Positions 62,907-64,000 of a stretch of DNA of 64,000 nt are shown piece after piece; within the stretch, counting starts at the first letter, position 1; each line of letters begins with the position of its first letter. The notes under the pieces are model-generated. The model saw nothing but the letters and a program-made list of their open reading frames with translations. It was not told the DNA's origin and made no database searches. A program made the position numbers and the translations under genes. Source of the DNA: an uncultured Actinomycetota bacterium (GTDB lineage Bacteria > Actinomycetota > Actinomycetes > Mycobacteriales > SCTD01); NCBI GenBank assembly GCA_963784705.1, contig CAWASC010000008.1, positions 389,891 to 453,890 on the forward strand. The letters are read 5' to 3'.

Positions 62907-63650
62907 TCAGGAGGCCACGGTCAGGTGCCGGGCGACCGCGCGGCTCGCCTCCGCGGCAGCGAACCGACGCGCGACGGCGAGGTCCTCCGGGAAGTCCACC
63001 TCGACGGCGAAGTGGTCGGTCAGGTCCAGCGGCTGCCAGCGGTGACCACGGTCGATGGTGAGCTCCACGGCCCGCTCGAAGTAGTCGTGGGCGTCGACCT
63101 GGGCAAGTGCCGCGACGAAGGCCGGCCGGTCGTGCGCCGCGACCAGGTTCACCCCGATGGCCTCGCCCAGGCCGCCGACGACGGTCTTGGACAGCGCGCA
63201 GACGTCACCGGACTGACCGAGCAGGTACTTCACCTCCTCCTCCGCGGTCCGGCCGCGCTTGACCCCGATGCGGCTGCGGCTCAGGTCCCGCAACGACCGC
63301 ACCACCTCGTCGGCGAAGTCGGCGCTGAACATCACGTCGCTGTTGAGCCAGAGGGCCGGGCCGGAGCCCTGGTGGAGCGCGCACAGCAGAGACCGGGCGG
63401 TGTTGGAGCTGGCGTAGTCGGCGTTGTGCACGGCGCGGGCGGTGGGAACGCGGGCCGCGACCTCGGTGGCACGGTGCCCGACCACGACGCTGATCCGGGC
63501 GCCGGCCGCGCGCAGCGGCTCGAGCAGTCGCACCTGGCGCTCGATCAGGCTCTCGCCGTCCGCGCCCAGCGGCGTGAGGGGCTTCGGCACCCCACCACCG
63601 AGGCGGGACCCGAGACCGGCGGCCAGCAGCACGACGTCCAGTGAGGTCAC
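62907..63650 (-). CDS. LicC-like (phosphocholine-type) cytidylyltransferase
   Basis: LAAGLGSRL...PKPL, N.DY...NTARSL, NSDV, EEEVKY, EVDFPEDL; GGAGG RBS. Confidence 0.82.
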   Translation of the reverse strand: MTSLDVVLLAAGLGSRLGGGVPKPLTPLGADGESLIERQVRLLEPLRAAGARISVVVGHRATEVAARVPTARAVHNADYASSNTARSLLCALHQGSGPALWLNSDVMFSADFADEVVRSLRDLSRSRIGVKRGRTAEEEVKYLLGQSGDVCALSKTVVGGLGEAIGVNLVAAHDRPAFVAALAQVDAHDYFERAVELTIDRGHRWQPLDLTDHFAVEVDFPEDLAVARRFAAAEASRAVARHLTVAS

Positions 63651-63825
63651 GACCCGCCTCCTGTTGCTCGTTCGTGGCAACCGCCACGGCCCTCGTCCAT
63701 CGGCACCTGCGGCGTGCGCGTGAGGCCTGCAGACTCACCCATCCGGGTTCTGTTGCCCCCTGCCGGTACGTCGATGAGGGACGTGCCGGCCAAGGAAGGC
63801 CGGGATGGACGAGGAAGGACTCCCT

Positions 63826-64000
63826 GTGTCCCCGACTGCTGCTGCTGCAGACCGCTACCTGACCGAGCGCGTGATGACGGCGAGCCCCGCCGAGCTGACC
63901 GCGATGCTGTTCGACGCCTGCGTCGGTGCACTCAAGGCCGCCGTCACCCTGCAGGAAGGTGGCGACCACCTGGGCGCCACGCCCCGACTGGTGAAGGCCC
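63826..64000 (+). CDS. fliS: Flagellin chaperone FliS (truncated by window end)
   Basis: Manual translation MSPTAAAADRYLTERVMTASPAELTAMLFDAC...LVKA; not in the ORF track. Confidence 0.85.
   Translation, partial: MSPTAAAADRYLTERVMTASPAELTAMLFDACVGALKAAVTLQEGGDHLGATPRLVKA

Noticed and set aside
63745-63780. Sigma-28 promoter for fliS (GTCGATGA)
   Set aside because: The -10 is plausible but there is no TCAA/TAAA-like -35 at 15-nt spacing

Overview
Very GC-rich actinobacterial chromosome segment, probably from a motile rod (mreBCD-mrdA-rodA plus flagellar genes). About 1-46.1 kb is mostly the conserved actinobacterial core block: proAB, obgE, rpmA, rplU, rne, a radical-SAM gene pair, rodA/mrdA/mreDCB, ndk, folC, valS, clpX-clpP-clpP-tig, tRNA-Pro, tRNA-Gly, nei, rpiB, DsbA-like, pepN, malQ, HNH, mscS and glbO. 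From 46.1 kb to the end is a flagellar filament locus (flgN-flgK-flgL, GT2/TPR glycosyltransferase, two short flagellins, fliD, partial fliS) with sigma-28 promoters and CsrA-type hairpins. About 9 kb of accessory DNA separates fliD from fliS: an ECF sigma factor, an anti-sigma-like/signal peptidase I fusion, an ISL3 relic, a DUF222-HNH gene, a beta-propeller lipoprotein, a double TagF-like transferase and a cytidylyltransferase. Main candidates for something new: (1) an AbiEi/DUF559-like nuclease gene bracketed by 50-bp palindromic direct repeats, with other stand-alone palindromes in the window, resembling a REP/RAYT arrangement without a transposase; (2) an ECF sigma coupled to a membrane partner whose outer domain is a signal peptidase I; (3) a likely phosphodiester-type flagellin glycosylation kit. 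Three single-base frameshifts in rne and the radical-SAM gene look like sequencing errors. All calls come from reading motifs by eye; no database search was run.
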